A stretch of DNA of 39,655 bases from Octopus bimaculoides (Eukaryota): assembly GCF_001194135.2 (NCBI RefSeq), contig NC_068994.1, positions 27,489,600 through 27,529,254 of the forward strand, in the 5' to 3' direction. Positions 22,530 through 35,140 of this stretch are shown here, one piece after another. The notes under the pieces were generated by a model that did not search any database, had not been told where the DNA came from, and saw only the letters and a list, made by a program, of their open reading frames with translations. Position numbers and translations under genes: made by a program. Positions within the stretch are counted from its first letter, which is position 1. Every line of letters begins with the position of its first letter.

Positions 22530-23714
22530 GTGAGTATAAGTTTTTGTAAGGAAGGAAGATGGGAGTGGCAGCTGGGGTGGGGTAGTGGATCACCCTTAGA
22601 TATCTATAAACAAATACCTTCAGTTCTGTTTAGCATTGATAAACCTTCCAGAACTTGCCAAAGAGAGAAATTTGTAAATTTCAAGGATACAAAGCTGCTA
22701 TCAAAAGGGGCAACAGTGTATGGAACTTTTGTGGTAGTATGAGAAAGAAGTTCACTTTGAAACCATGCAGTTCTGTATTCAGTCTTATGGCGAGGAACCA
22801 TGAAGAAGTGTCTTTTACTTCACTCATGTGATGATCAAAGATTTGTGAATGAAATTTGGCAGGTGGAATCTGTGCAGAATATATATATTCTATATCATCA
22901 TCATCCTCATCATCCTCCTCCTCATCATCATACATATTCTGGCACAGATTGGATAGATCATCATGGTCCAAGTCACTCCTTATTCAGTTTATTTGCCCCT
23001 TCTCCAGACAATTTAGAAGATCATGCTTCACTTGAAAGTTACATTTTTAGCACAGTTTCTACTATGATTGGCATTAAGAATGGCACTCAACCTGCCATGA
23101 CACCAACAATTTTACAGGTACCAGGTTCATATTTATCATGGCACCATAGGCGTTATGTCCTCAACAAGATGAAATTAAAGAGACATTTCAACCATATGAT
23201 GTCTCCACTTGTTCCTTGACCACATTACAAAAGGGTGTACATTAAGTAGCTGCTATCATAGCACCTGCACAAAACAAAAGAGCTGTCACTGTTTCAGGTT
23301 GTCACCATTTGTTCTGGGTAATATGTATACTGTGTGTGTGTCATTCACCAATATATTTTATTAAAAAATATAAACCTCAGTAAGGAAATCAATAAATTGA
23401 GGTTTTCAACAAAAATTACTCTGTAGTATCTGTTAAATTTGAGATCGTTTTCATAATCATCATCATCATCATCATTTTAATGCCCACTTTTAACCCTTGC
23501 TTCGGTCAGACAGAGCTCATTGAGACAGATTTTCTATAGTGGGATACTCTTCCTGTCAACAACCCTCGCCTGTTTCCAAACAAAGTAATATTTTCTTGTG
23601 GCCAGACAATGTTTTTTGCAGAATACTGGATATGATTGACATTCTTCTACAACAATCATGTGATGTCATGGAGACACAAATATACACAAACACTCACATA
23701 TATAATGGAATTCT

Positions 23715-23830
23715 TTCAGCTTTCAGATTCACTCACAAGGCTTTGACCAGCCTGGGCTATAGTGGAAGGCACTTGTCCAAGGTATCATGCTGTGGAACTA
23801 AACCCAAGCAAATGTCTCAAAGACATAGCC
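23715..23830 (-). mobile_element. SINE fragment with CORE-like segment
   Basis: CACTCACAAGGCTTTG..GGCTATAGTGGAAGGCACTTGTCCAAGGT..GTGGAACTAAACCC (reverse B-box-like and CCTTGGACAAGTG). Confidence 0.55.
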
Positions 23831-24029
23831 ATGCCTGCACCTATAATGCACAAGTTTTTTAGCTACACAACTATGCCTTGACACTCTCTGCTAAAAATAC
23901 AGTAAATAAGTGATTGATCCATTAGAAACCTCTAACCAAGGATACTCTTACTGCTTACAAAATATGATACAAAATAATATAAGATAATGGAGTTTTAGCA
24001 GAATGTTTGTATGATATGCTGCAGATATA

Positions 24030-24171
24030 CAAGGTGGACCAAAAGTCACACACAAAATAAGTTCAGTACACTTTGGAATTGCCAAAGACATGCATAATTT
24101 TTCTAAAATTGAATAAAATAAATTTTTTAAAATAATGGTAGATACACACATACTTGTACATGATGAACAAA

Positions 24172-24202
<31 letters not shown>

Positions 24203-24944
24203 TCTCAACGGGCATGATAGAGCAGCACAATATATTCACTGGGTAATTTGCAAAAACCTGGACTTGCCCCATGATAAAAACTGGTGGGAACACAAACCAC
24301 CTCCAGTGCTTGTTAACGATCACATCTCACTCCTCTGGAACTTCACCATTCAAACTGACAGAAAGATAGATGCAAATAGGCCAGACATCATACTGAAAGA
24401 CTTCAGACAAAAATCATGCCTCCTCATTGATATGACTGTCCCAATCGATATAAACGTATCTGTCAAGACCTACCAAAAACTGAGCAAGATCTTGAAATAG
24501 AAATTAGCAAAATGTGGAACCTGAAGACTAAAACAATACCTGTTGTCATAGGTGCCCTAGGAATGAGAGCAAAAGGGGCTGATTGCTACCTAGCTTAGAT
24601 ACCACGAAACCCCAAAATGGCAGAAATTCAAAAGATAGTGCTCATGGGAACTGCCCATATCCTACATAAAATACTGTCTCTGTAATCTCAAATTTTAAAA
24701 CAAACACATAATTTTCTTATGGTTTCTTAAACATTCTCTAGAACAACACTATGTACAAAACCAAATATATGGCACCCTAAGCATAACACCAACATGAATT
24801 TCTAACTTGTCTCTTGAGGTCTCTGGGGGAGACTTGGAGCCAACTTGTACAAATGTAAAGCAAAAGTCAAACATAAAATAATAATAATAACATAATATAG
24901 TTAAAATGTCAACTGTTCTGGTGCGTGACTTTTGGACCACTCAG
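24030..24944. mobile_element. Tc1/mariner-type MITE (about 230 bp) interrupted by an R4/Dong insertion
   Basis: ta|CAAGGTGGACCAAAAGTCAC ... GTGACTTTTGGACCACTCAG|ta; TIRs 16/20 identical with TA flanks. Confidence 0.75.
24201..24890 (+). mobile_element. 5'-truncated R4/Dong-like LINE (RLE domain and 3'UTR) in (AAT)n
   Basis: HDRAAQYIHWVICK...LLWNFTIQTDRKIDANRPDIILKD...LIDMTVPID...QKLSK / LEIEISKMW...PVVIGALG...LMGTAHILHKIL*. (AAT)n on both sides. Confidence 0.92.
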
Positions 24945-25133
24945 TATATATATTATCATCTCATCATTTAACAGGCATGGGTTGGACAGTTTTGACAGGA
25001 TCTAATGCGTCAAGGATTCCATCATGCTCCAGTTTTTGCTTTGGCATGGTTTCTATGAGTGAATGCATTTCTTATCATCAACCACGTTATAGTGTGAATG
25101 GGTGCTTTTTCTTGTGCCAGCAGCACTAGTATG

Positions 25134-25165
<32 letters not shown>

Positions 25166-25213
25166 GCTAAAAATAAGTGTGTGCGTGTATATATCATCAT
25201 CATCATCATCATC

Positions 25214-25620
25214 AACACTAGTGGACGCTATTTTAGTTAGTAGGTATTTTATCTTGAGGTTTGGTGAGAAGTCTCCTCAAATCTTAAGAGTTTTCTTTAA
25301 GATTCCCGCAGAATATAGGATAATATTTTTCTGCAGGTCAACAATGTGAGTTTCAGTTCCAATTTCTTTCAGTCTTTTAGGTAGCATTTTGTATATTGTG
25401 CTAGTGCACTAATTACTACATGAATATTTGTTATCTTGATCTTCCACAGTCTCCTCAGCTCTCTAGCTAGATTCTGATATTTCTTAATTTTTTTCCAATT
25501 TGCTTGGTATCGACTCTGCTATCATAGGGAATTGCAAAATCTATGATCTTTTGTTTATTTTGTAGATCTGTTATGCTTTCAATGTAGATTTTTGTAACAG
25601 TTTGCCCATCGTTTTCATTA
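25214..25620 (-). mobile_element. R4/Dong-like LINE 3' fragment, decayed
   Basis: Reverse strand: IIDFAIPYDSRVDTK / KKYQNLARELRRLWKIK...VVISAL; followed by (GAT)n. Confidence 0.75.
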
Positions 25621-25954
25621 CTTTATATAGTTTTCCTCTTTCAGTTCTTCTCATCTTCTTTGGGTGTAGTAGTAGGCTTCTTTCTTTTTCTGAAACAGTC
25701 TCTCTATAAAATAACATTTACCTTCCTCCAGGCAGCTATTTCATTTGTGAGGATTTATTGGTCCTTCTAATCCCTGCTCTTGTCCTGCTTTTTGCTCCTC
25801 ATGTTCTTTCACTATCATAGAGATCTATTATTATTACAATATTCAAATTTCATGTTAGAAGCAGCTCAGTAATGTAAACATTATCAATATTCATATAAAG
25901 AATGTATGTGTATTATTAAACACTGATGGCTGAGGTATCTCATCAAAGATAAGC

Positions 25955-26092
25955 CCCTTTAAAGACATATAGTGTTAAAAAGTACAGTATAATTCAAAGC
26001 TAGGTGAAACAAAATTGTTCTCTTTTTAGGTGATTTTATTTTACCTAGCTTTGAAGTATACTGTGTTTTTAACACTATACCTATTTAAAGGG
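25955..26092. repeat. 138-nt foldback (about 60-bp arms, 17-nt loop)
   Basis: 25955-26015 versus the reverse complement of 26033-26092: 53/61 identical by manual alignment. Confidence 0.92.
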
Positions 26093-26206
26093 CTCTTCTG
26101 TAAATGAAATACCTTAGTTACTAATGTTTATAAACACATATACATTAAGTATAAGATATTGATAATGTTTACGTCATCATCATCATTATTATCGTTGTTG
26201 TTGTCG

Positions 26207-29200
26207 TTCTCCAACACATAAATCTTTTATGGTAGGGTTGTGTGTAATTATGCCTCAGCTTCTGCCTGCAGCTCAGAGGCACAACACCTTCCTCAACACA
26301 TGAGCTGTTCCAAGCACCACAGCCATTTGTACACTCCTTAAATATCTAACATGCCTAAAATTTCAAGTATTGCATCCAGCTTCTCTGAAATTGTTCCAAG
26401 TGCACTGGTAGCAGAAGAAACAATTTTGGCTATTAAATTATGTTGTTCCCATATTTGGCATGCCAAATCCTAGTATTTGTCTACCCTCATTCTCTCAGTG
26501 ACATTCTAGTCAGCAGGAACAGTGATGTCTATCATGACCCATTCATGTGTGTCTTTGTGCACAATTGATATCAAGGCAATTATGCTCCACTAGCCTGTCA
26601 GTAAATATAGTCATGTCCCACATGAGCTTCACTCATTCATTGTCAACCAAGGCCTGTGGAATATGGTCATACCACTTATCTGTAGACGCAAGATTGTATT
26701 TCCTGTAAAGTTCTCAGTACAATCTAAGAGCAACTTTGTCATGTTGACATCTGTATATTTTTGTGCTAATCATGTGCAGCTACCTAAAAAAATGACTTAG
26801 ACTTTTAGTCTTCCACCCACACTTTCTGCACAATGGTGATTCTGATGTGTAGTCAATAGAGTATTGACAGAATTTGTTCTCAGACACCCAGTCTACAATC
26901 ATCTCCATCACATGGATCCATCCAGCTTCTATGTTTCTTGTAAAAACACTCTGTGCAATGGTTTCCCTTTCCATAATCCCACCTTCTCCTCATGCACCTT
27001 TTTAAAATCAACCAAAGATTCTGTTTCTGCTAGTACCTTCTCATTTAGTGCTGCCTTCAGCATCCACTCATGACATAACTGTAAATATTCATGCAATGAA
27101 CTGCACTCAGATCTTACACACACCTCCACACTGATTAACCATCTTCCAACTTCATTACAGAGAAAGTACAGCCTAGATACATCACCACATGAATGAAAGT
27201 ACCAGTCCATGGTCATTATCCTTCTTGTTCTTTGAGCTAAGCTGGTCAAGTTCTCCTTTATCCATTCTACTATGCCTACACTATACCTTACAACTCCCTC
27301 TCAGCTTAGATCTATAAAGTTTCTTCATGCACTGAATGTATCCTTCTCTTATCATCTTTATTACTTTGTACTAAGGTTTTGTTCTAGTTAATGTATTCCC
27401 AGATATTTATACCCATCACAGTCCACATCCATTAGGGAGTTCAGTACCTGTGCTTTCCACTTTCTTACTGTTCCTCATCTCCAGAATAGCACATTAGTCA
27501 AGACCAAAAGACATTTTAATATCCCAAGTGAAAATTCTGATGGTTTGTACGATAACGAAACCCAATTGATCTTCTATAATGGCATAGAATTTAAGTAGAT
27601 GATTGATGGGCCTCACTTGATCTTTGGATAGTTTATAGCCTGTCTTCATTTTCCTCAAGATCAAGGGCAGTAGCATGATGATGATGATTAATAGCAATGG
27701 AGATACAGCATCACCCTGAAATATAACCTGATTAATAACTATTTCACCTAGTTCTTGTCTTCCCTATGTTAAAACAATTCTCCAATTAATCATGCTATTC
27801 TTAATTAGTGATACAATGTTGGGTGCAACACCACTCATAGTCTAGCCAATCACAGATAGATTTGTTAATGACAATCAGCAATTTTTGAAAATTGTCTTGT
27901 TGATTGAAGGCAGGTCTTTTGTACCTCTTGTGTTTTTGCAGCAACCTTTCTGTTAGTCCTTAGGTAGATCGTCTTTATTAGGTTGTTCCAAAATTAATGG
28001 CCAATTTCAGAAACATAATTTTATTCTGGAAAAATTACCAATAGAAATGTTTTGATTAGTCAAAATATGAGCCGTGAACATCTATGCATCTCTGCCATTG
28101 ATCAACACGATTATTTATGCTTCGTTGATAAAAACTTATTGGCTTTGATGCTAAGAAATCTTTGAAAGCTGATTCCACCTCTGGTTTGAATCTGAAATTT
28201 TTATCACTTAAAAAGCGTGTTTAAATGCTTTAAAAAATGGTAGTCAGTGGGTGAAAGATCAGGAGAATATGGAGGATGTGGTAAAGTCTTGTATCCCAAG
28301 TCTGTGAATTTCTGTAGCATCATTCTTGCAACATGTGGCTTTGCATTATCGTGGAGCAGAGTTGGGCCATGCTGATTCACCAATGCAGGTCTCATTTTTT
28401 GCAAGTGAGCATGCATTTCAGTAAGTTGATTCCAGTAAACCTCAGCTGTAATGCTTTGATTAGCTTCCAGAAAACTTTAATAGACAGCACCAATTGCAGA
28501 CTACCAGGCAGTCACCATAATCTTTTGCTGATGCAACTTTGGCTTTGGGAAATGCTTGGGGGACTCATCACAATCAAGCCACTGACCTAATCATTTATGG
28601 TTATCATAAAGGAGCCACTTTTCATCACAAGTAACTATTCGGTCAAGGAAAGGATCATTGGTGTTTTGCAGAAAGAGCATCAAGCACACTTCAAAATGCC
28701 GAACTTCTTGATTTTCATTGTGCTCATGTGGTACCCATTTATCGAGCTTTCTCACCTTACCAATCTTCTACAGATTGCACAAGACCGTTGCAATACCAAC
28801 ACTGATTCCCTGAGACATTTCTCTGACATTTTGACATGGGTTTTGTTCAACAATTGCTTTCAGTTGTTCATTGTCAAGACTGCATGACCATCCTCTACCT
28901 TCTTCATCTTCAAGGCTCTCATCATCACTAAGGAATTACTGAAACCACCTTTGTACTGTGCAATCACTTGTAGACTCTTCTCCCCATGCTCTGTTGATAT
29001 TGGCAGCAGTTTGGGGGCATTGTGCCCAAGTTTGAACTCATGCAAGAAAAGTAAGCAAAGGTCCTTTTTCGTCATGTTCATAATTAAGGGAGCCTATTCT
29101 TCAAGAATGTTTTCTGTCTGAAATAAGTAGAAAATTATTAAAGTACATACATCAATTATTAAGTTTGTCAAAATTCACCTAAAATATGATTAAAATACTA

Positions 29201-29637
29201 TGATAAAATTGCGTTTCAAAACACAACACTAAGAGCAGCCATTATTTTCGGAAAACCTAATATAAAGGTGCTTATAAATATTATTGTTTATGATGCCAGT
29301 CAGAAGTCTCCACATTATGGATAAGAAGGCACTAAGCCAAAATTCACTTACTTCTTGTCCTTTTGTGAATCCTCCATCACCAGAACAGTTCTACCCTTGA
29401 CTACCCTAGCTGAGATGTTGTTGCAATCTTCCATGTAGGTCTTTTAGCTTTTTTGAACAAGAATCTCTGAATAATGTCTAGTCCAACAGCTTTCCAGTTG
29501 GTCATCTTCCTTGTCACCTTTTCTACATCTTCTAAAGAGATGATCACTTCCTCCTACATAGGTATCTCACTCAGCTTTCTTTCTACCTCTGGCAACCAAG
29601 AGGCACCTTTATTGTGTTTGCTGTTATCTGACCAAAT
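26207..29637 (-). mobile_element. R4/Dong-like LINE (RT and RLE), dead, split by a mariner insertion
   Basis: Reverse strand: IWSDNSKHNKGASW, WKAVGLD, GRTVLV, WRLLTGII, [mariner], QKGCCKNTRGTKD, FQGDAVSPLL, IKMSFGLD, LHRVF, VTSALGTI; trinucleotide repeats at both ends. Confidence 0.87.
27978..29260 (-). mobile_element. Full-length (1283 bp) mariner, Hsmar1/cecropia-like, transposase pseudogene
   Basis: TA|TTAGGTTGTTCCAAAATTAATGGC ... GCCATTATTTTCGGAAAACCTAA|TA. Transposase FLHEFKLGHNA, RIVTCDEKW, LLHDNAKPH, HPPYSPDLSPTDYHFL (D,D34D) with stops and a frameshift. Confidence 0.95.
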
Positions 29638-29696
<59 letters not shown>

Positions 29697-29703
29697 TCAT
29701 TAC

Positions 29704-29744
<41 letters not shown>
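29638..29744. repeat. (TAC)n(TAT)n microsatellite
   Basis: Read directly. Confidence 0.98.
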
Positions 29745-29746
<2 letters not shown>

Positions 29747-29747
29747 A

Positions 29748-30132
29748 AAGGCAGTGAGTTGGCAGAAACGTTAGCACGCCGGGCGAAATGCTTAACGGTA
29801 TTTCTGAGTTCAAATTCCGCCGAGGTCGACTTTGCCTTTCATCCTTTCGGGGTTGATTAAATAAGTACCAGTTACGCACTGGGGTCGATATAATCGACTT
29901 AATCCGTTTGTCTGTCTTTGTTTGTCCCCTCTGTGAATAGCCCCTTGTGGGCAGTAAAGAAATAGGTATTTCATCTGCCACTACGTTCTGAGTTCAAATT
30001 CTATCAAGGTCGACTTTGCCTTTCATGCTTTTGGTGTCGATAAATTAAATACCAGTTGTGTACTGGGGTTGATCTTATCAACTGGCCCTCTCTCCCCAAA
30101 TTTCAAGCCTTGAGAGGATTATTATTATTATT
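29748..30132 (+). mobile_element. Young dimeric main-family SINE
   Basis: CpG-rich head GGCAGTGAGTTGGCAGAAACGTTAGCACGCCGGGCG; the GAGTTCAAATTC/GTCGACTTTGCCTTTCAT core occurs twice; (ATT)n tail. Confidence 0.92.
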
Positions 30133-30349
30133 AAGAGGGATACAGTTACTTCGAGCTTTCAGCCAGCTAGCCTTCATTGGACGGACTACAAGCAGGCTGA
30201 AGCTTCAAAGTTACTGTCAACTACCACTTCTTGTAAAAGTTTAATAAGTATATACTCTAAGTAAAAGTATTGAGTAATTCTTCAGTTTAATGTTAAATTA
30301 TTTTCATTATAGTTTGACATAAAAATAAACATTAATGTTAATGAATGTA

Positions 30350-31237
30350 TGCAAAGTGCATTCCAGTATTTTGAGACATTTTCAGAAGTGGCAGTTATAA
30401 ACGTTCTAGATTATTGTAATTTTAGTATATCATTACATCTAATGAGCTGACCTGCTGAGGTTTGTGATTCCAGATTGAAGGAGATGATTGTTACACCATT
30501 TTGAACAATCCTTGCTAAATGCTGATTGTCAAAGCTGAGTAGTTTGCAGAAGGCATTTGTGACATTTGGAAGCTTGTTATGCAAAGTTTTGTGTTAAACT
30601 GGACAAAAACGCTACAGAAACTTATGAAAGGTTCCATACTGCTTATGGATTAATTGTTTTTACTGGCACAAGATGTTCAAGGATAGTAGAGAGGAGGTGA
30701 GAGACAATGAGAATTGTAGGAGGAAGAGGACTGTCAGAACCTAAAAACTGATTGAGAAAATTCACAATTTTCTGGATGAATATTATCTTGTGTCTATAAA
30801 GTCAAAACACACTTGGTTTGGAGTTGGTCTGGCAGCTGTACATAGAATTATTCATAGAGATCTGAACATGCACAAAATTTGTTCCCAGGATGCTCAGTGA
30901 TGAGCATCTTGGTATCCAACTACTTGACAGAGATGGGCATCAAAACTATCCCTCACCCTTTCTGCAGTCATACCTTACTCCCTGTGTTTCTGATTGTTCC
31001 CCAAACTAAAAGAAAACCTCAGGGACAGTCATTTAGAAGATGAAGGAAGCTATCATACAGTTCTTGACACTTTCACTTTGGAGTACTTCCATGAGGCATT
31101 CACAAGGGTGGCTGAAGCACTACAATAAGTGCATTGCAGTCAGAGGATCCTAGTTTGAAGGAGATTAGAGCTTTGTACTTTGAAATTAATAACTGTCTTT
31201 CCTGAAGAAGTCTTAAAACTTTTAGAATGCACCCTGT
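30350..31237 (+). mobile_element. Internally deleted mariner remnant
   Basis: AKFCVKLDKNATETYERFHTAYG; HRDLNMHKICS; YLTEMGIKTIPHP; LFPKLKENLR; terminal FEGD*. The 3' TIR TTTTAGAATGCACCCTG has a degenerate 5' partner near 30350. Catalytic core missing. Confidence 0.8.
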
Positions 31238-31239
31238 GT

Positions 31240-31275
31240 TTGTGTATGTGTGTGTGTACATACACACACACACAC

Positions 31276-31325
<50 letters not shown>

Positions 31326-31388
31326 ACATATACACACACACATACATACACACACCTATATATGCACACATATATACACATATGAATG

Positions 31389-31428
<40 letters not shown>

Positions 31429-31432
31429 TGCG
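31240..31432. repeat. Compound (TG)/(CA)/(TA) tract
   Basis: Read directly. Confidence 0.95.
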
Positions 31433-32749
31433 TGCAAGCATTATTTCTTTTCACAACTTCTGTTGTCTAATTTTTACATAACTCTCAGAATAAAAAAAAC
31501 TTTTGCCATAACAACTCTCTATGAATTAAAAATCAATGAGTTGCTTTTGCATTTACCAATGATTGCTCACTTCTATAGAGTTTCTTCTCAGGTGATTCTT
31601 TGACAACAGCAATTCTATCATCTTTGAGAGAAGGTCATCCACTTGAATGGATTTCATGATGAATATTGTTTTGTTCTGTTTGTATTTTTTGTATTGTTTT
31701 TTTTTCAAAAATATTGAATCAAATGTGTTATGGCACTTAAACTGAAATGATTATTGTGAAGACTTTGGTTCTTCTTATAACAGCAGATTACTACTGTGGC
31801 ACTATAACCATTACAGTATTACGCTTCAATAATCTCCAGCTTTGTTTTCAAGTCTGCATTAACCTCTACACACACATACACAAATACGGATGTGCATGCA
31901 TGCATGCATATATGCATACATACATACATACATACATACACACATACATACATCCTGGCAAGAAATTTTGAAATAAAACTGAACAATGACCCACACACAC
32001 ACACACTCACTCACTCACTCACTCATTCTTGTACCTTTCTCTTCTTTCTCTCTCTCACTTTCTTTCCCTTTCTTTTATTCTCCAGTCCCTCTGCTCTTTT
32101 GTTCTCTCTCTTTGTCTCCCCCTCTTTCCCTCTCTCCTCCCTTAACCCCTCTGCTCTCTACAACACTTCCTCTCTCCTACCATGTGCCCGGTGTCTGGCC
32201 AAGGCAGTGCTGTTCTTTTTTCGGCCTGACCCTGACCAGACTGATCATGCTGATCAGGGCTCCTGCTATGCCCTCTAGAACTTTCTCCATTTCATCTTTG
32301 TGCCACACCACTAAGTTCGTTCAATAGCCGAAAAGCTTTTTCTGTTGTATTTATGGTATATGTATAATTATTCTTTTTCTCCTGTTGTATAGCCATAGGG
32401 TTTCATTCTGTAATATACACATAATTCTTTGTGTGTTGTATTTATATAATGTCTTGTTTGTTTCCGTCCTTGTATACATTTGCTAGCTTTTTCCCAGAAG
32501 CTTAATGCTCTGGCACCTCCAAGACTGAGAGGTCTCAATGGTAAATGGTGCAAAACCACTCTGATATTTTGGATCATTGACTGATGAGGAAATCAGCCAT
32601 GAATATTCCATATATTGTGTTTTTGCCTAAATTTCCTGGTCATTAAGTTTTCACCTAGTTTTCCATTTGCTCTGCTTTCCTTTTTATGTTCCTTCTGTTC
32701 AACCCTTGATATATCCATGCAACACAATACACACACTGTTTGTTTACAT

Positions 32750-32797
<48 letters not shown>

Positions 32798-33733
32798 TAC
32801 ATGTGTCTGTGTGCATCTGTGTATGTCCACCACTACCACTTGACAACCAGTGTTGAAGTTTTTACATCCCCATAACTTAGTGGTTTGTCAAGAGAGATTG
32901 ATAGAATAAGTATCAGGCTTAAAAGAAAGTAGTGGAGTTGTTTAATTCAATTAAAAATCCTTAAAGGTTGTTCCCCTGCATGTCCACAGTCCAAGTAAAA
33001 TAAGATAAAAATAAGATAAAAGAAAATATAAAGATACATTTTAAAATAATATTCAAATCTGATATCCTTGTTATGAAGAAGAAAGCTGATATTTGTTGAG
33101 ATTTTTGATAAACAATATATTTATTCTTTCCATAAACAAAAAGCAAATGTTGTCGTTACTATGAAAAACATCAATAGAGTTTGGATATTATTGTTCTTAA
33201 GTTGATATAGCTGTAACAGCAGTCAAAACGTTAGCTGTTGGTCATTGTGTTGTTGTTGCCAATAATTCATTATAGTTAGCTGCTTGCCCTGCTTCTGACT
33301 TCTCATGTCTTTCATCCTCCAACTGTTCATTGTCTTTGTGTTGTCAGCTTGGGTCAGCTGCTGTCTGCCATCTCTGTTGGCTGTCTCCTATGATGTCTGT
33401 CTAAATAGTAAAGTGTGCTGAATTTATAGTGATAGGTAGGCTCAGAAAGGTGCAAAAAGATGAAATTGTTTTGGAGCCAGTTCTAGGCTATGTCTGCATT
33501 GGTCAGATTTTTTGATCATGTGGGTAATATTCTCGTAAATCATAACACTGGATATAGTGATCTGACTGCTAAATATTCCCTGCTACATGACTCCACTGCC
33601 AGTGAAATTCCTGTTCATGGTGAATTTGATGAAATGAGAATAGTGCAGGAACTGCAGGTGTGAAGTGCATAAAGAAGCATGCATTAGAAAGGGATGAGAG
33701 CAAGACATAATAATGATAATTATTATTATTATT

Positions 33734-34270
33734 GAGTGAGAGAGCAGTGCATGCCATCAAAGTGACACTGGGGTAAAATATACGAAGCCCAGTATACCCA
33801 TCATGACTACCCGTCTGATAAGGGTACACCAGGCACATGCATCACAACCATATGTGCGCGACATGGTGATCTCATATCAAGATAAACAGCGCATGATCTT
33901 GCAGGTGGGGCCAAGTTAGAATTTTCTTCAGGTCGAGTAGCCCATCCCGCTCAAAAGGTCCTTGAATAAAGGTTGTTTGAGGATGTTGAGCAAAACACCT
34001 ATGTTTCCAGAGGTGAATTATGCAAACCCCAAAGAATTCCTCTCAACACATGGCTATGATGCTCTCCCACTACTTCTGCTCGTGATCAGAGATGCACATA
34101 TCATCAGCCACTATGGAACATGCTCAACTGGTTAAGGTCAAACAAATCTGTGGTATTGAGCAGAATATTTGCTGTAGCCCATCTTTTTATACCAAGACAA
34201 AACAATGTACATGATAACACTTCCAATCAATTAAGATAAGAAGCCATGAGAGCCACTGCCTGGTATTGCC
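33734..34270 (-). repeat. CpG-retaining interspersed repeat with (AAT)n tail (SINE or LINE 3'UTR)
   Basis: Sharp boundary at (ATT)n 33717-33733, more CpGs than the flanks and no coding signal. I recall similar sequence as high-copy in octopus, but did not check this. Confidence 0.55.
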
Positions 34271-34279
34271 TTGTTTTAT

Positions 34280-35125
34280 TGGCTAGCATTTCACTGGTGA
34301 CTGCAGACCTCATTTCTAGGCCATTTTGTATCCTAAAAAACAGTTGGCATCACTTTTCCTGCAAAAGGTTGAATCTTGAATTTCATTTTCACTGGCAATT
34401 CCTGGTGTTTCTACAGCATACTCAGCCTTTTGGATTCTGGTTCAAAGTGATGGAGCAAGGTCTCATCTCCTGTGACTATTCTCTCCAAAAAAGCTTCACC
34501 TTCATCATTGTAGTGATCATGTAAGCATTGACTGATCTCCACACAATTGCACTTGAGCGCTTTGCTAAGCTCTCTTGGCATCCATCTCTCATAGACTTCA
34601 CAGAAACAGAGCTTGTCATGGATGTTTTTGTATGCAGAACCATGACTGATTTGCAGAGAATGAGGTGGTATACCTCATTGATGGTCACTTGTTAGTTTAC
34701 CAGAACCATCTCTCAAGCTTGTTGAATCTTCTAATCATGTGGAGGTTGATGGGGTCCTGCTCCCTCTTTGTGCTTCACATTTGTCTGGCCATTTTAAAAC
34801 TTCTCAATCCACTCATTCACACTTCTGTGCTGTAGAGCATTGTTCCCTGTATTGTACTGAAAGCTTGCATTGAATTTCAGCCCCTGACGCACTTTCGGAC
34901 CAGAGAAATCAGATTACTGATTTCTGTTCTTCTTTGGTGCACACTGCCAGCAGAACAGCCATGTTTACTACATAACATAAAAGAGAAAACAGGAGCAATC
35001 AAGGTCAAACCTCAGTTATGTAACCATAAAAGTACCACCTTTTAGTATATGAGTGCTGAAGATAATGTGGCCAAACTAAAGAAAGTTTTGACAAAATTGT
35101 GGATTACTTTTTACTTCACCTTGTA
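34280..35125 (-). mobile_element. 3'-truncated mariner remnant (third lineage)
   Basis: Reverse strand: ta|TACAAGGTGAAGTAAAAAGTAATCC terminus; EEQKSVI*FLWSE..SGAEI; EWIEKF; AFLERIVTGDETLLHHFEPESK; FAGKVM. Confidence 0.85.
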
Positions 35126-35140
35126 TATAGGTTCCAAGAC

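Noticed and set aside
22530-22742. ORF with YKQIPS...RTCQ just after exon F
   Set aside because: No acceptor puts it in frame with exon F; weak chance resemblance.
22800-23219. 139-aa ORF with a His/Pro run
   Set aside because: Driven by a (CAT/CCT) repeat; no recognisable domain or splice support.
31592-31660. Good acceptor followed by GDSLTTAI, resembling the SorCS PKD-domain exon start
   Set aside because: Stops after 22 codons, has no DFGDG motif, and the phase-2 frame from exon F hits TGA immediately.
32228-32262. Small hairpin CCCTGACCA...TGATCAGGG
   Set aside because: A 9-bp imperfect stem is expected by chance.
32368-32577. Minus-strand 69-aa ORF as a possible nested gene exon
   Set aside because: No recognisable motif and no partner exons found.
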